Of a stretch of 64,000 nt of DNA, positions 43,578 to 53,672 are shown piece by piece. Source of the stretch: an uncultured Methanoregulaceae archaeon (GTDB lineage Archaea; Halobacteriota; Methanomicrobia; Methanomicrobiales; Methanospirillaceae); the NCBI GenBank assembly GCA_963705255.1, contig OY970061.1, forward strand, positions 928,001-992,000, given 5' to 3'. A program made the position numbers and the translations under genes. Numbering within the stretch: the first letter of the stretch is position 1; every line of letters starts with the position of its first letter. The notes under the pieces are model-generated. The model saw only the letters and a program-made list of their open reading frames with translations. It made no database searches and was not told where the DNA came from.

Positions 43578-44432
43578 ATGGGATTGATCAACTATAATAT
43601 CGAAAAATATTCACCAAAACAGCTGGTGATAATCCCGCTCGTACTTCTCGCAGTATCTCTTGTACTGCTCACACTGAGCACAATCACAACGGGTATGCCG
43701 GTGACCCCGGGTATCGATTTCTCCGGTGGTACTGCAGTCAATCTGTATACTACAGACACCAAGGACCAGCTCCAGTCCACCTTTGCCGGCTATCCGCTGA
43801 TCGATATCAGTCAAGGGATTAATAACGGGGTATTTTTACAATTTTCAGCGATGGATGATACGAAATTCAAGGACCTTACAACCCTGATAAACCAGAAGTA
43901 TCCCGATGCAAGCATCAATCAGATCGGCGAGACTTTCGGGAAGTCCCTGCAGTACCAGGCAGTCATTGCGCTGCTCTTCTCGTTCATCGGTATGACCATC
44001 GTCATATTCGTTGCCTTCCGCACTTTTGTTCCTGCGGGGGCAGTTGTCCTCTCGGCATTTGCGGACATGGTGATGACGGCCGCCGTGATGAATATTGTCG
44101 GCATCCAGCTCACTCTTGGAACCGTGGCGGCACTCCTGATGCTCATCGGTTATTCTGTGGACAGCGACATCCTGCTCACAAACCGCGTACTCAAGCGGCA
44201 GGGAAAACTCCATGATAAGCTTGCCGGTGCGTTCCGTACCGGCATCATCATGACCTCTACAACAATCGCTGCAGTCACCGCGATGTTCATCGTCTCCTGG
44301 CTGGGGTCCGTGGAGATGCTCTGGGAGATATCCGCGGTACTCCTGATCGGGCTCATTGCAGATATCTTCAATACTTGGCTGACGAATGCTGGGATCCTGA
44401 AATGGTATGTCCAGAAGGGAGGAGGCAAATGA
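43578..44432 (+). CDS. secF: Protein translocase subunit SecF
   Basis: GIDFSGG, IGYSVDSDILLT, TWLTNAGIL. Confidence 0.95.
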   Translation: MGLINYNIEKYSPKQLVIIPLVLLAVSLVLLTLSTITTGMPVTPGIDFSGGTAVNLYTTDTKDQLQSTFAGYPLIDISQGINNGVFLQFSAMDDTKFKDLTTLINQKYPDASINQIGETFGKSLQYQAVIALLFSFIGMTIVIFVAFRTFVPAGAVVLSAFADMVMTAAVMNIVGIQLTLGTVAALLMLIGYSVDSDILLTNRVLKRQGKLHDKLAGAFRTGIIMTSTTIAAVTAMFIVSWLGSVEMLWEISAVLLIGLIADIFNTWLTNAGILKWYVQKGGGK

Positions 44433-45889
44433 ACGCAAAAGAGATGAAGGCAATTCTCCTTGACTGGCGGGTGGCTACCCTCGTTATTCTCGTCCTCCTT
44501 TCGGTGATCGCAATCTACCCGCATTTCGACGAGAAAGGGAACCTTGCCTCGAACCTCCAGTATGGCCTTGACCTCCAGCAGGGGGCATGGATCCAGCTCG
44601 AAATGAAAGGGGAAGTGGTTGGGTACACCACGACCCAGCCGGTTGATACTTTCGTTGCAAATCTTACCAAACAACTTGGTACCGAAGTGGTAGCCGTTGA
44701 TGAAAACCATCTCGAGATCCGGAAATCTTTCTCACAGGCCGAGCTGGAACCCATTGTAGCCGCTAACGGCGGGACGATCACCAGTTACCAGCCCGGAGTC
44801 TCCAAGGCAACTGCCGATGATGTCAAACTTATCCTTGAAAACAAGATCAATACTCTTGGTACCAAGGATGCCAAGGTCAACACCCTGACCGGCCTCAACA
44901 ACGTGGACCAGTATATCAGGGTGGAACTTGCCGGTGTCGACATGGATCAGGCACAGGAAATTGTCGGCAGACAGGGGAAATTCGAGATCCGGATCGTAAC
45001 TGTCGACAATCAGACAGAGCATGTATTGTCCGGTGATTCCATAACCAGCGTCCAGCCCCCGAGCCAGTCACCGGCCGGCAGCAACAACTGGGGGGTCGGA
45101 TTCACGCTCAGCGATGACGGGGCTGCTGCATTCCAGGCGGCGGCTGTAAAATACGGGGCAACGGTTGAACCCTCGAAACACAACCTGGTGATGATCCTCG
45201 ACAACCAGACCGTCTACTCGGCTCCCCTCTCAACAGATCTCGCCGGGACGATCCAGGGTACTCCTGTCCGGGAGTCTTACGCATCAACGGGATCAGGCAC
45301 GTACGGCATGAATCAGGCAACTGACCTTGAAATCCACCTCCGGGCCGGTGCATTGCCCGTTGATGTAGGCATTGCCGGGTCCGGGGGACAGTCAGCCCCG
45401 ATGGGCGAACGTTACAAGGAGATGGCCCTTCTTGCCGGCCTGTTTGCTCTTGTCACTGTCGGCTTTGTGATCTACTACCGATACCGGGAATCCAGCATCG
45501 TTCTTCCGATGGTGCTGATCAATATGTCCGAGATCGTCATCCTGCTCGGGTTCATTGCCCTGATCCGGTTCCAGATGGATCTTCCGACGATCGCTGGCCT
45601 GATCGCCGTTCTCGGTACGGGAATCGACCAGCTTGTCGTGATTACCGATGAGATCCTCCACGAAGGCAAGGTGCCCTCGCCAAACCTTTACCTGAAACGG
45701 CTGTCCCGTGCACTCAGTATCATCGTGATCGCCGCTGCGACGGTCGTTATAGCAATGCTCCCGCTGGCCGTCATGGACTTGTCGACCCTCAAGGGATTCG
45801 CCATCATTACCATCCTCGGTGTGCTGGTCGGCGTTATTGTAACGAGACCCGCCTACGGGAAAATAATCATGGCGATCCTCTCCAAGTAA
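44429..45889 (+). CDS. secD: Protein translocase subunit SecD
   Basis: YGLDLQQG, LRAGALP, GTGIDQ, LKGFA, TRPAY. Confidence 0.95.
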   Translation: MNAKEMKAILLDWRVATLVILVLLSVIAIYPHFDEKGNLASNLQYGLDLQQGAWIQLEMKGEVVGYTTTQPVDTFVANLTKQLGTEVVAVDENHLEIRKSFSQAELEPIVAANGGTITSYQPGVSKATADDVKLILENKINTLGTKDAKVNTLTGLNNVDQYIRVELAGVDMDQAQEIVGRQGKFEIRIVTVDNQTEHVLSGDSITSVQPPSQSPAGSNNWGVGFTLSDDGAAAFQAAAVKYGATVEPSKHNLVMILDNQTVYSAPLSTDLAGTIQGTPVRESYASTGSGTYGMNQATDLEIHLRAGALPVDVGIAGSGGQSAPMGERYKEMALLAGLFALVTVGFVIYYRYRESSIVLPMVLINMSEIVILLGFIALIRFQMDLPTIAGLIAVLGTGIDQLVVITDEILHEGKVPSPNLYLKRLSRALSIIVIAAATVVIAMLPLAVMDLSTLKGFAIITILGVLVGVIVTRPAYGKIIMAILSK

Positions 45890-45943
45890 CAATACCATAG
45901 ATTTATCTTTTTTTTTAATCCACTATTCATACGGGTACAATCA

Positions 45944-46216
45944 ATGAGCAGACCGGTTTTGTTTGATTTTTTTGCCACCTGGTGTGGTCCCTGCAGAATG
46001 CAGACACCCATCCTGGAAGAACTCGCGAAAAAAATGGGAGATGCAATCGAGATCCGGAAAGTGGATGTCGACCAGCATATGGACCTTGCGGAAAAATACG
46101 GAATCAGCGTCGTTCCCACCCTGATCATCGAGAAGGATGGGAAGACCGTCCAGAGACTGGAAGGGGTCACGGACGCAACGACTCTTGAGAAACTCTTGAC
46201 ACCGCTGGTGAGATAA
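45944..46216 (+). CDS. trxA: Thioredoxin
   Basis: WCGPC active site, VPT cis-Pro motif. Confidence 0.93.
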   Translation: MSRPVLFDFFATWCGPCRMQTPILEELAKKMGDAIEIRKVDVDQHMDLAEKYGISVVPTLIIEKDGKTVQRLEGVTDATTLEKLLTPLVR

Positions 46217-46867
46217 GTGAAGATTGGTATTGTCGGAGGGACCGGTGACATCGGTGAAGGCATCGCCATGCGCCTCTCCACGATATTTGATGTGGTTGTC
46301 GGGTCGCGCGAAAAAGAGAAGGCGGAGACGTGCTGCAGGATTACCATTGAGACCCTGAAGAAACGCGGGAGCGAATGTTCGATGACCGGGGTCTGCAACC
46401 AGGACGCGGTGGACGAATCGGATGTCATTATCCTGGCAATACCATTCAAACATGTCACCATGACCCTTGAAACCCTGACCGGTTTTGAGGGCAAGATCGT
46501 CATCAGCCCGGTCAACCCCATGGTAAAACAGGATTTCTTCACCTCCGTGCCCCCTCCTGAAGGTTCGGCAACCCTCATGATCAAAAGGATGATCTCCCCG
46601 GAGGCAAGGATCTGCACTGCTTTCAATACCATTGCAGCGAACAAATGGAAGGCGCTCGATGAAGAACTCGCGTACTCGGTCCCTGTCTGCGGGGATGACT
46701 CTGCCGCAAAACAGGAAGTCATGGGGATCGTAAACCGCGTATCAAAGCTCCAGGCGTTTGATGCCGGGCCTCTCGCAGCCTCCGGTCTGGTCGAGTCCCT
46801 TACGCCGCTCCTCCTCAATATAGCGCGGTATAACAAGCTCAGAGATGTTGGTATCCAGTTCCGTTAA
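46217..46867 (+). CDS. npdG: F420H2:NADP+ oxidoreductase
   Basis: GGTGDIGEG, GSR, SPVNP, DAGPL, VESLTPLL. Confidence 0.9.
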   Translation: MKIGIVGGTGDIGEGIAMRLSTIFDVVVGSREKEKAETCCRITIETLKKRGSECSMTGVCNQDAVDESDVIILAIPFKHVTMTLETLTGFEGKIVISPVNPMVKQDFFTSVPPPEGSATLMIKRMISPEARICTAFNTIAANKWKALDEELAYSVPVCGDDSAAKQEVMGIVNRVSKLQAFDAGPLAASGLVESLTPLLLNIARYNKLRDVGIQFR

Positions 46868-47021
46868 CCTCTCCAGGAACATGCAGTTGCCGGAAGGGAT
46901 CATAGGGAATCTTATAACACCGGTGGACCGTTGGGATCGGGTGACCGGCGCTACCCTCTCCCCACCCGGACAGGTATCTGAACGCAATTTCCCGCAGAGA
47001 AATAAAATACAGGTGTCCTGA

Positions 47022-47582
47022 ATGTATGCCCGTGAATTCGAACGGATAGGAAAACGGCTCTTTGCCGAGCACCTGGTAGGCGGGAACTTCGGCAACATCA
47101 GCGTGCGGAAAGAGGACGAGGGTTTTCTCGTCACGCGGACCGGGGATTATCTCGATGTTCTGCCGGAACTGGTCTTCGTGCCACTCGACGGCCCTGTTCC
47201 GGACCATGCCTCGAGCGAGTTCCGTGTCCACCGGGAGATTTACCGGAACACCCCATACAAAACAGTTGTCCATGCCCATCCGCCCGCGGCGATCGCAGCC
47301 TCGCTCATCATGGACACCATCGTACCGGAGGACAGCGAGGGGCTGATGTTCTGCCCGGTCATTCCGGTTGTTCCGGGTGCCCCGGGTTCCCAGGAGATCG
47401 CAGATAATGTGGCCCGTGCACTCTCGTCTTCAAATCTGGTCATCGTGCGGGGCCACGGTACCTTTTCTGCCGGCAGGACCCTTGATGAAGCATTCCTGTA
47501 TACGTCGCTTGCAGAGCATTCCTGCCGGGTGCTTGCCATGAAACGGAATTTCGTTGCACCACAGAGTCATTCCGAAATCTGA
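47022..47582 (+). CDS. Class II aldolase (fuculose-1-phosphate aldolase-like)
   Basis: GNISVR, ASSE..VH, VHAHPP, RGHG. Confidence 0.88.
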   Translation: MYAREFERIGKRLFAEHLVGGNFGNISVRKEDEGFLVTRTGDYLDVLPELVFVPLDGPVPDHASSEFRVHREIYRNTPYKTVVHAHPPAAIAASLIMDTIVPEDSEGLMFCPVIPVVPGAPGSQEIADNVARALSSSNLVIVRGHGTFSAGRTLDEAFLYTSLAEHSCRVLAMKRNFVAPQSHSEI

Positions 47583-47851
47583 TACCCGGATTTTTTAAGG
47601 AAACAACATATTGTCAACACGTTTTGGGCTGACAAATACGAAACCTCCGATAAGGAACATGGAGCCGTATTAACCGAACTTCCCGTAAAATCCATCCGCA
47701 ACTACGTCATGAAATATACTGTAAAGGGATTCAGAAGGAAGTAAATACGGTGAATCTGATGACTCATTAATTTAAAAGAGCCAAAAATTTCAATGAAGAT
47801 AACTGTAATTACTTTTATGTTGTCAAAATACCAATGAAACATTAATATGAT

Positions 47852-48601
47852 ATGAGAAAATGCCAAAGAACCGATAAAATTCTTATAATTTTAATTATAC
47901 TATCAATCGGCATCTCTTTTTCATTAATTGCAGAAATGAATTCAATTCACCAATCAATTCCTGTAAACAATACGATATATCAATGCGGCTATACTGAAAA
48001 AAATGTCTTAATAAATCTTGATGATAGTATTATCACTAGTCGTATGTTCTCATATCCCTATATTGGAGTAAAAATTAATGCAAAAGATTATTTTTTTCTC
48101 AATAAACAGATAGCGATGTTTCCCTATAATGATACTATGTTTGGATTTAATCAATCGAAATATTATTCTCTCATTCTTAAAGAGTTCCGAAAAACTAAAA
48201 ATGAATATAATCTGTCTGACGACCAATATGTTCAGTATATCGTAAATTTTGCTCAATCTATGCCCTATTATGAGGAACCTTCAAATTCCACAAAAGGATT
48301 TCCGATTGTAACTTTCGTTAATGGATGTGGAAATTGCGTAGATAAAAGTTTATTTTCAGCCGCGATTCTCTCGCAAGAAAATTTTAATGTATCTGTATTT
48401 GATATTCCATCGGCTAACCACGAGATGGTCGGTATTGCAAGTGATTGTCCTAATTATATTCAAAAAGGCGGGTATGCAGCGATAGAAACCACTGTAAAAG
48501 TGCCCATTGGATCTCCCGTTACTGCTATATCACACTTTAATGATTCCTCCACTAGGATATTGAGAAACGGTATCGGTACTAAAACTTTTAAGGGATGCTA
48601 A
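47852..48601 (+). CDS. AT-rich membrane-anchored transglutaminase-like protein
   Basis: N-terminal TM helix, FAQSMPY, GNCVDKS, NHEMVGI, IETT (Cys-His-acid triad pattern). Confidence 0.65.
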   Translation: MRKCQRTDKILIILIILSIGISFSLIAEMNSIHQSIPVNNTIYQCGYTEKNVLINLDDSIITSRMFSYPYIGVKINAKDYFFLNKQIAMFPYNDTMFGFNQSKYYSLILKEFRKTKNEYNLSDDQYVQYIVNFAQSMPYYEEPSNSTKGFPIVTFVNGCGNCVDKSLFSAAILSQENFNVSVFDIPSANHEMVGIASDCPNYIQKGGYAAIETTVKVPIGSPVTAISHFNDSSTRILRNGIGTKTFKGC

Positions 48602-48666
48602 TACTTTTATTCACAGTCAACAGTGTATTTGTTTGCATAAATGAAAAGTGATGCTTTTAATACACG

Positions 48667-48720
48667 CTTCTAGACGTTGATGCAAAAGGACAAAGTTTAG
48701 AGGCTTTTAATTTGAGTTTT
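48667..48720. repeat. Imperfect ~54-bp direct repeat, copy 1 (copy 2 at 50061-50114)
   Basis: aaaaggacaaagtttagaggcttttaatttgagttt versus aaaaagacaaagtttagagactttcactttgagttt. Confidence 0.7.
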
Positions 48721-48725
48721 ATAAA

Positions 48726-48816
48726 AATTGCCGGATCGGTTGGTGGCAATTTAGAAAAATCCTCAGGTCCGGATGCGACAATTAAAAATAATTGCCGGAT
48801 CGGTTTGGGGCAATTT
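48726..48816. repeat. Two near-identical 27-bp palindromic units AATTGCC-N12-GGCAATT
   Basis: aattgccggatcggttggtggcaattt (48726) and aattgccggatcggtttggggcaattt (48790). Confidence 0.75.
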
Positions 48817-49043
48817 TTATTAAAAATATCAGGGGAACCGGTTCTTTTGCATTGTCGGGACCCGATGTGATCTGTTTCGTCGTGGTGTGAAACGAGCTGC
48901 AATTCCAACCGTCCCGCGAATGCGTCAGACCGCAATGCAGATAATGGAGGAAAAAATCTTGGCAATTGAAAAACATCCGCCTCAAAAAAGATAATGGGAA
49001 AATCCAATACTCAATCAATTGAAGTTAAAAGATTCAAAAGCAT

Positions 49044-49336
49044 GAGGAATTCGCTCTCGGGGGCTGTCGCCCCCGCCGCTCGGGCACCCCCCCTTGCGAT
49101 AGTGCTGTATTACCTTTCTGGTGCTATCACAATGAGCCCTGGGTCGAAGAACGGTTCCCGTTCTTCTCCTGCTTCGGGTCTGAAGACCCTCATCATCCCC
49201 CATCGAGGGAAGGCTGACGGTCCAAGAGGACCGGGCAGGCTGAAGCAGAGACGCAGGCTCTGCGACTCTGGTGGCACAAGCGGGGGTAGAAGGGATGGTC
49301 CTTAGGGCATCCCTTGAACGATGAGGGGGGTTCCTT
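49044..49336 (+). ncRNA. Candidate structured RNA or non-autonomous element (~290 nt), family unidentified
   Basis: GC-rich island in AT-rich DNA with at least 7 hairpins and 5'/3' end pairing; G-U wobbles favour + strand folding. Confidence 0.45.
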
Positions 49337-49460
49337 GGCTACTATAGACTAATTAGGAATGGAACGTCTGATGTGAAATTGAAGAACTCTTTTGTAATTT
49401 GAAGTGACATCGTATCCATCCAAAATAAAAAAAGGTAAAAATTCAGATTTATTGGATTAA

Positions 49461-49909
49461 TCAGTCCCATTTCGAGTAAAACCAATAAAATACGCCTATC
49501 AATACTGCTCCTCCAATAATGCATACAAGAATATCGACGAATAATAAAAAATAATGAATGATATGAAAAACGACAGAGTTCCACAAATAAAAACAATGAA
49601 ACTCTCTCCTACCGCTTTTTTGAAACATTTTTCACCAACTTCACAACATGCATATCCGAAAAATAATGCGGCCAATATAAACAAAATTATTGATATTATT
49701 AACGGGATACCGATAAAATCAAAATAGGTTATTTGTAATGGTGGGAGTGAAACAATGACATTTTGATAATTGCCTTTTTGCTCAACTAAAAGGACAAATG
49801 CTGAGAATAAAAGTGCCCCAAAAAATGCAGAGATTTGCGCTAATGTACTTACTCCCTCTCTTTTAACATCAGTTATCCTTTCTTATTTTGGCATTTGAAA
49901 AATTGACAT
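49461..49909 (-). pseudogene. AT-rich multi-pass membrane protein gene with in-frame TAA at codon 9 and a frameshift near 49545
   Basis: MSIFQMPK*ERITDVKREGVSTLAQISAFFGALLFSAF...; in frame with ORF 49499..49684. Confidence 0.55.
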
Positions 49910-50323
49910 ATTAGAGAATAATCATCAATAATTACATATTATTATTCGTTTTTATCCCTCAATAGAATTGAAAAGAAGAATATTTTCGCGTTTCTCTTAC
50001 CCCCCAATGGTGATTGTAATGGATACGATATCACTTACTTCATACCTAGGAAAATGCATTCTTTCTGACGATAACACAAAAAGACAAAGTTTAGAGACTT
50101 TCACTTTGAGTTTCTTTAAAGAAATCCCAATAATTATTGCCTTAAAATGCCCGGAATTCGCGCTAATATATTCCACGGTAAACTGCTCACCAAACTGGCC
50201 GGTAAATTCTTTCTGGACAAAATCCTGGCCGCGTAATTCAAAAAAGACCGAAATCTGGGCAGGATGATTAGATATTTATATATAGAAGTTGATCTATATG
50301 AGATTTTAATGCTGAGGCATAAG

Positions 50324-50575
50324 ATGTCAACTACCAAAAAAATCCGTGAGACGTATAATGAGACCCAGCACAAGATCGTTTTGTATCTCAGCTCGGGGAT
50401 AACCAAGGGAAAACACTATTTCAAGTCAAAATACATAGCAAAAGACCTCGGGCTGTCGCCAAAAGAAGTGGGAACAAACATGGCCATCCTCGCTGAACAT
50501 TGTAAGGAACTTGATATTATAAGGTGGAGTGATTCGAACAGCACGACATGGATGGTTACGCCGCGTGCAATCTGA
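50324..50575 (+). CDS. Small winged-helix protein (DUF7123-like)
   Basis: YFKSKYIAKDLGLSPKEVG, W..SNSTTW. Confidence 0.8.
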   Translation: MSTTKKIRETYNETQHKIVLYLSSGITKGKHYFKSKYIAKDLGLSPKEVGTNMAILAEHCKELDIIRWSDSNSTTWMVTPRAI

Positions 50576-50601
50576 TACTACCATTATTGTCCCTTTTTAT
50601 C

Positions 50602-50790
50602 ATGGCAAAAGTTCTTGATTTCGAAGCTGAGATCGAATTTGTTGCGGATATCAACGACCACAAAGACTGCCTTATGTCCCAGGACCCGACACAGGAAAAT
50701 CCCATTGCGCTCTGGTTCAATATCGATATCCCGAAAGGGCACATGCTGAAAGCCGGTGACCGTGTCAGGGTAATTGTCGAAAAAATATGA
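50602..50790 (+). CDS. Small hypothetical protein
   Basis: Protein-like 62-aa ORF following the HTH gene; ends GDRVRVIVEKI. Confidence 0.6.
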   Translation: MAKVLDFEAEIEFVADINDHKDCLMSQDPTQENPIALWFNIDIPKGHMLKAGDRVRVIVEKI

Positions 50791-50838
50791 TTAGTGCGCG
50801 GATTCATTTACGCGAGAGTTGATGGTAGAGAACCCTGC

Positions 50839-51534
50839 CTAGGCAGGTTTGTATGCATCATAATAGTTCCGCGCTGTTTCCAGAGTTATGCGGTAGCGAT
50901 CGATATAGGCCGTCGAGATGATCATATATACATCCGTATTCGAAACCTGGATAATACGGTAGGATGACCCCCGGTTCAGGATCTCTTCACCGTTAATAAT
51001 GGAACCATTGGATGCGTAACAGAGAACCATTCGGAAATCCCCGTACTGGGGGGTAAGATTTGCCGTCACCGTCGTATTGAGCACCCAGACCGGATAGGGG
51101 ACCGAGAATATCTGGGTCAGACCACCACTACGGTTATACTCAATAAAAGCAAACGGTACCATATCCTGACGGTTTGCCAGGATGTCCGACGCCCCGAATA
51201 TTACCATATTCTCCGGAAGCTTGAACCTCGGATACGTGAACGGCTTATTGGTGTAAAATATCTGGTAGAGTGCGGCACCGGTCGGTACGGCAGTTGGCGT
51301 TGTTATTGTTTGAGGGGTTACGAAACCACTTTGATTCGGATTCAACTCCGTAGAAAGAGTCCCCTGAGTGGTTGCGACGCCACTGGTATTCGGACCCAGC
51401 CCGTGAGGAATTATGGTCGTTGTCGGAACTACCTGAACGGATAATCCCGTCAGGTGCTGGGGGTTTGCCACAAGAGCAATAACCAGCACGAGAACAAGTC
51501 CGCCCACAACTGTGAGGATATCCCCGGATTCCAC
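50839..51534 (-). CDS. Membrane-anchored hypothetical protein with Thr/Pro-rich linker
   Basis: N-terminal hydrophobic helix, TTPT linker, N-x-S/T sequons. Confidence 0.7.
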   Translation of the reverse strand: MESGDILTVVGGLVLVLVIALVANPQHLTGLSVQVVPTTTIIPHGLGPNTSGVATTQGTLSTELNPNQSGFVTPQTITTPTAVPTGAALYQIFYTNKPFTYPRFKLPENMVIFGASDILANRQDMVPFAFIEYNRSGGLTQIFSVPYPVWVLNTTVTANLTPQYGDFRMVLCYASNGSIINGEEILNRGSSYRIIQVSNTDVYMIISTAYIDRYRITLETARNYYDAYKPA

Positions 51535-52008
51535 ATATAGTACTTGGAGACGAGATAAAAAAACATGACGATTATCAACCAGGATTAAAGTGGGGTGGAA
51601 GAATTATTCTGGTTGGATCCGGGAATTATATACCTGCTGCCGATCTTTCTAGATATTATTTTTTATATGCCATATCCCAACCTGACATTTTTTTAATCGA
51701 CACAGAAAGATCTGACAATTTTTTTTATTTCCTCATCCGAACTGTCCCCGAAGAATTTGGATGAGGATACCCAGGGAGGTTCAAAAATTTTGAGAACAAA
51801 AACGTGCATCTCACACCAAAAGTATTGGTGATCCAACAATGTTCCGCTTCTCATTCATCTGATGAATCACTTTTTTCCGGATCCGATAATTCATGCATGA
51901 GGAGTAAATGGATGCGGATAGGATCCATGGAGTATTGTTTTAAATAATTGCCTCGTATGCCCCAGCATACCGGATATCTTATTATGCGTTTGATGAGTAA
52001 GGATGTGT

Positions 52009-52248
52009 ATGGAGTTGCCCGGGCTGCGGACATGGGTTGTCTTTTACCTGATCTCGTTTGTCGTCCTGCTATGGGCAGCGTTCCTGTCAGCCCAAGGCGT
52101 GATGGTCTGGGTCAGCCTGTTTCTGATCATCCTTATTATCGGAATCAACTTCGTCACCGTCTTGAACCAGGTAAAAATGCACTCTGCCAGGAAAGAATTC
52201 CAGCATAACCTGACCAAAGGGTTCGACCGGGGTAAGGATAAAGAATGA
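52009..52248 (+). CDS. Small two-TM membrane protein
   Basis: Two hydrophobic helices and a charged tail. Confidence 0.55.
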   Translation: MELPGLRTWVVFYLISFVVLLWAAFLSAQGVMVWVSLFLIILIIGINFVTVLNQVKMHSARKEFQHNLTKGFDRGKDKE

Positions 52249-52281
52249 GATTTCCGGGCCGGTCCATATCGTGGGCTCGGA

Positions 52282-53093
52282 TCAGGACTTTTTGATAAAG
52301 ATCTTCAGGGATGAATTGAAAGGAGTGAAGAGGTTCTCGACCTGCCGGCCCAGGTACTCAGTCTTACCCATAACATAAAACCCATTCGTGACAAGTGCGC
52401 TGTGGAACATTCGTGCAAGGTCATCTTTCTGCTTCTCGTTGAAATAGATCGTGACGTTCCGGCAGGTAATCAGGTCGAGAAATCGGGCGGGGGGAATGTC
52501 GCTCATCAGGTCATGCGGGCGGAACCGTATGAGGTCTTTGAGGTGCTGCTTTGCTTCATATGAGCCATTGGGCAGCTGGGTGAAATGCTTCTGGACAACT
52601 GAGATCGGGAGTTTTTTATGAGCTTGTCTTCGAACACCCCTGCTTTTGCCTTTCCGAGCACTACCTGATCAATATCCGTAGCGATGATGTAACCGGATAT
52701 ATCTTTATAAGTAGCCATCATCTCGTATAGGATTATGGCCAGCGAATATGGCTCTTCACCAGTCGAACTTCCGGCGCACCATATGGAAATCCGTTTTCGC
52801 TCTTTGATGATTGCGGGAAGGATTATCGTCTTGATCGCATCGAAAACTTCCTTGTCACGGAAAAACTCCGTGACATTGATGGTGAGCGCTTTTCGCAGCA
52901 GCTCCATCTCCGGCGGGTTGGTTTTTACATAATGCAGGTACTCTGCATAAGAATTGGTATTGGTAGATCGCATCCGGGAGAAAAAACGTCGCTTGATATA
53001 ATCTTCCTTGTAGTTGGAACAGAAGATCTTGAGATTCTGTTCAACAAAACGCTTGAGCAGGAGAAATTCATTCTGGCTTTCAATCATATCCAT
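52282..53093 (-). CDS. cheR: Chemotaxis methyltransferase CheR (frameshift ~52615)
   Basis: TINVTEFFRD, WCAGSSTGEEPYS, ATDID, ITCRNV, GKTE. Confidence 0.92.
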
Positions 53094-53113
53094 AATCCTG
53101 ATTATGTAGGCAA

Positions 53114-53584
53114 CTACTTCTTTTCTATATCCTTAAATAATTTTAGAATATCCAGCCAGATAACAAGACCGCTTCCCTGTTTTGTCTCACCGGCGGAGGA
53201 CATATTGATGATTCCCTTGACATAATTGCCTTCTTTCTCCCCGCTCTCTTCTGATGCCTGCTTCACCTGCGACACGGGTACCACGACCACACTTGCAACC
53301 GAGTCTACAACAATCCCAACATTGTTTCCCTTGATGGTATCTGCCGTGAAGACAATGATCTTCTGGCTTTTCGAGAGCTCTTTGGGCGGCAGGGCAAGGT
53401 GTTTGTTCAGATTTACGATGTTGGTGATCTCGCCGCGGAGGTTAATGACACCCGTTATATAATGGGGCGCCCGTGGTATGGGAGTTATCGGTACCATTTC
53501 CACAATTTCGCGGATAATGTTGATATCGATCGCATAACGTCCGTCCGCAAGGGCAAACTCAATTACTTCAATTGATGATTCCAT
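53114..53584 (-). CDS. cheW: Chemotaxis coupling protein CheW
   Basis: ITPIPRAP..GVINLRGEI, GIVVDSV. Confidence 0.92.
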   Translation of the reverse strand: MESSIEVIEFALADGRYAIDINIIREIVEMVPITPIPRAPHYITGVINLRGEITNIVNLNKHLALPPKELSKSQKIIVFTADTIKGNNVGIVVDSVASVVVVPVSQVKQASEESGEKEGNYVKGIINMSSAGETKQGSGLVIWLDILKLFKDIEKK

Positions 53585-53672
53585 GATTCGCCTCCAAGTC
53601 TCCGGATTAACATCTGATCAACGTTGGTCTCCATTGTAAGTTTCCTAACTGCCTTTTCAGGGTACACAAGTG

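Noticed and set aside
48726-48816. CRISPR array call
   Set aside because: Only two non-identical units and no cas genes; kept as a repeat.
49044-49336. RNase P RNA or SRP 7S RNA
   Set aside because: Size fits, but the conserved P4 and helix 8 sequences are absent on both strands.
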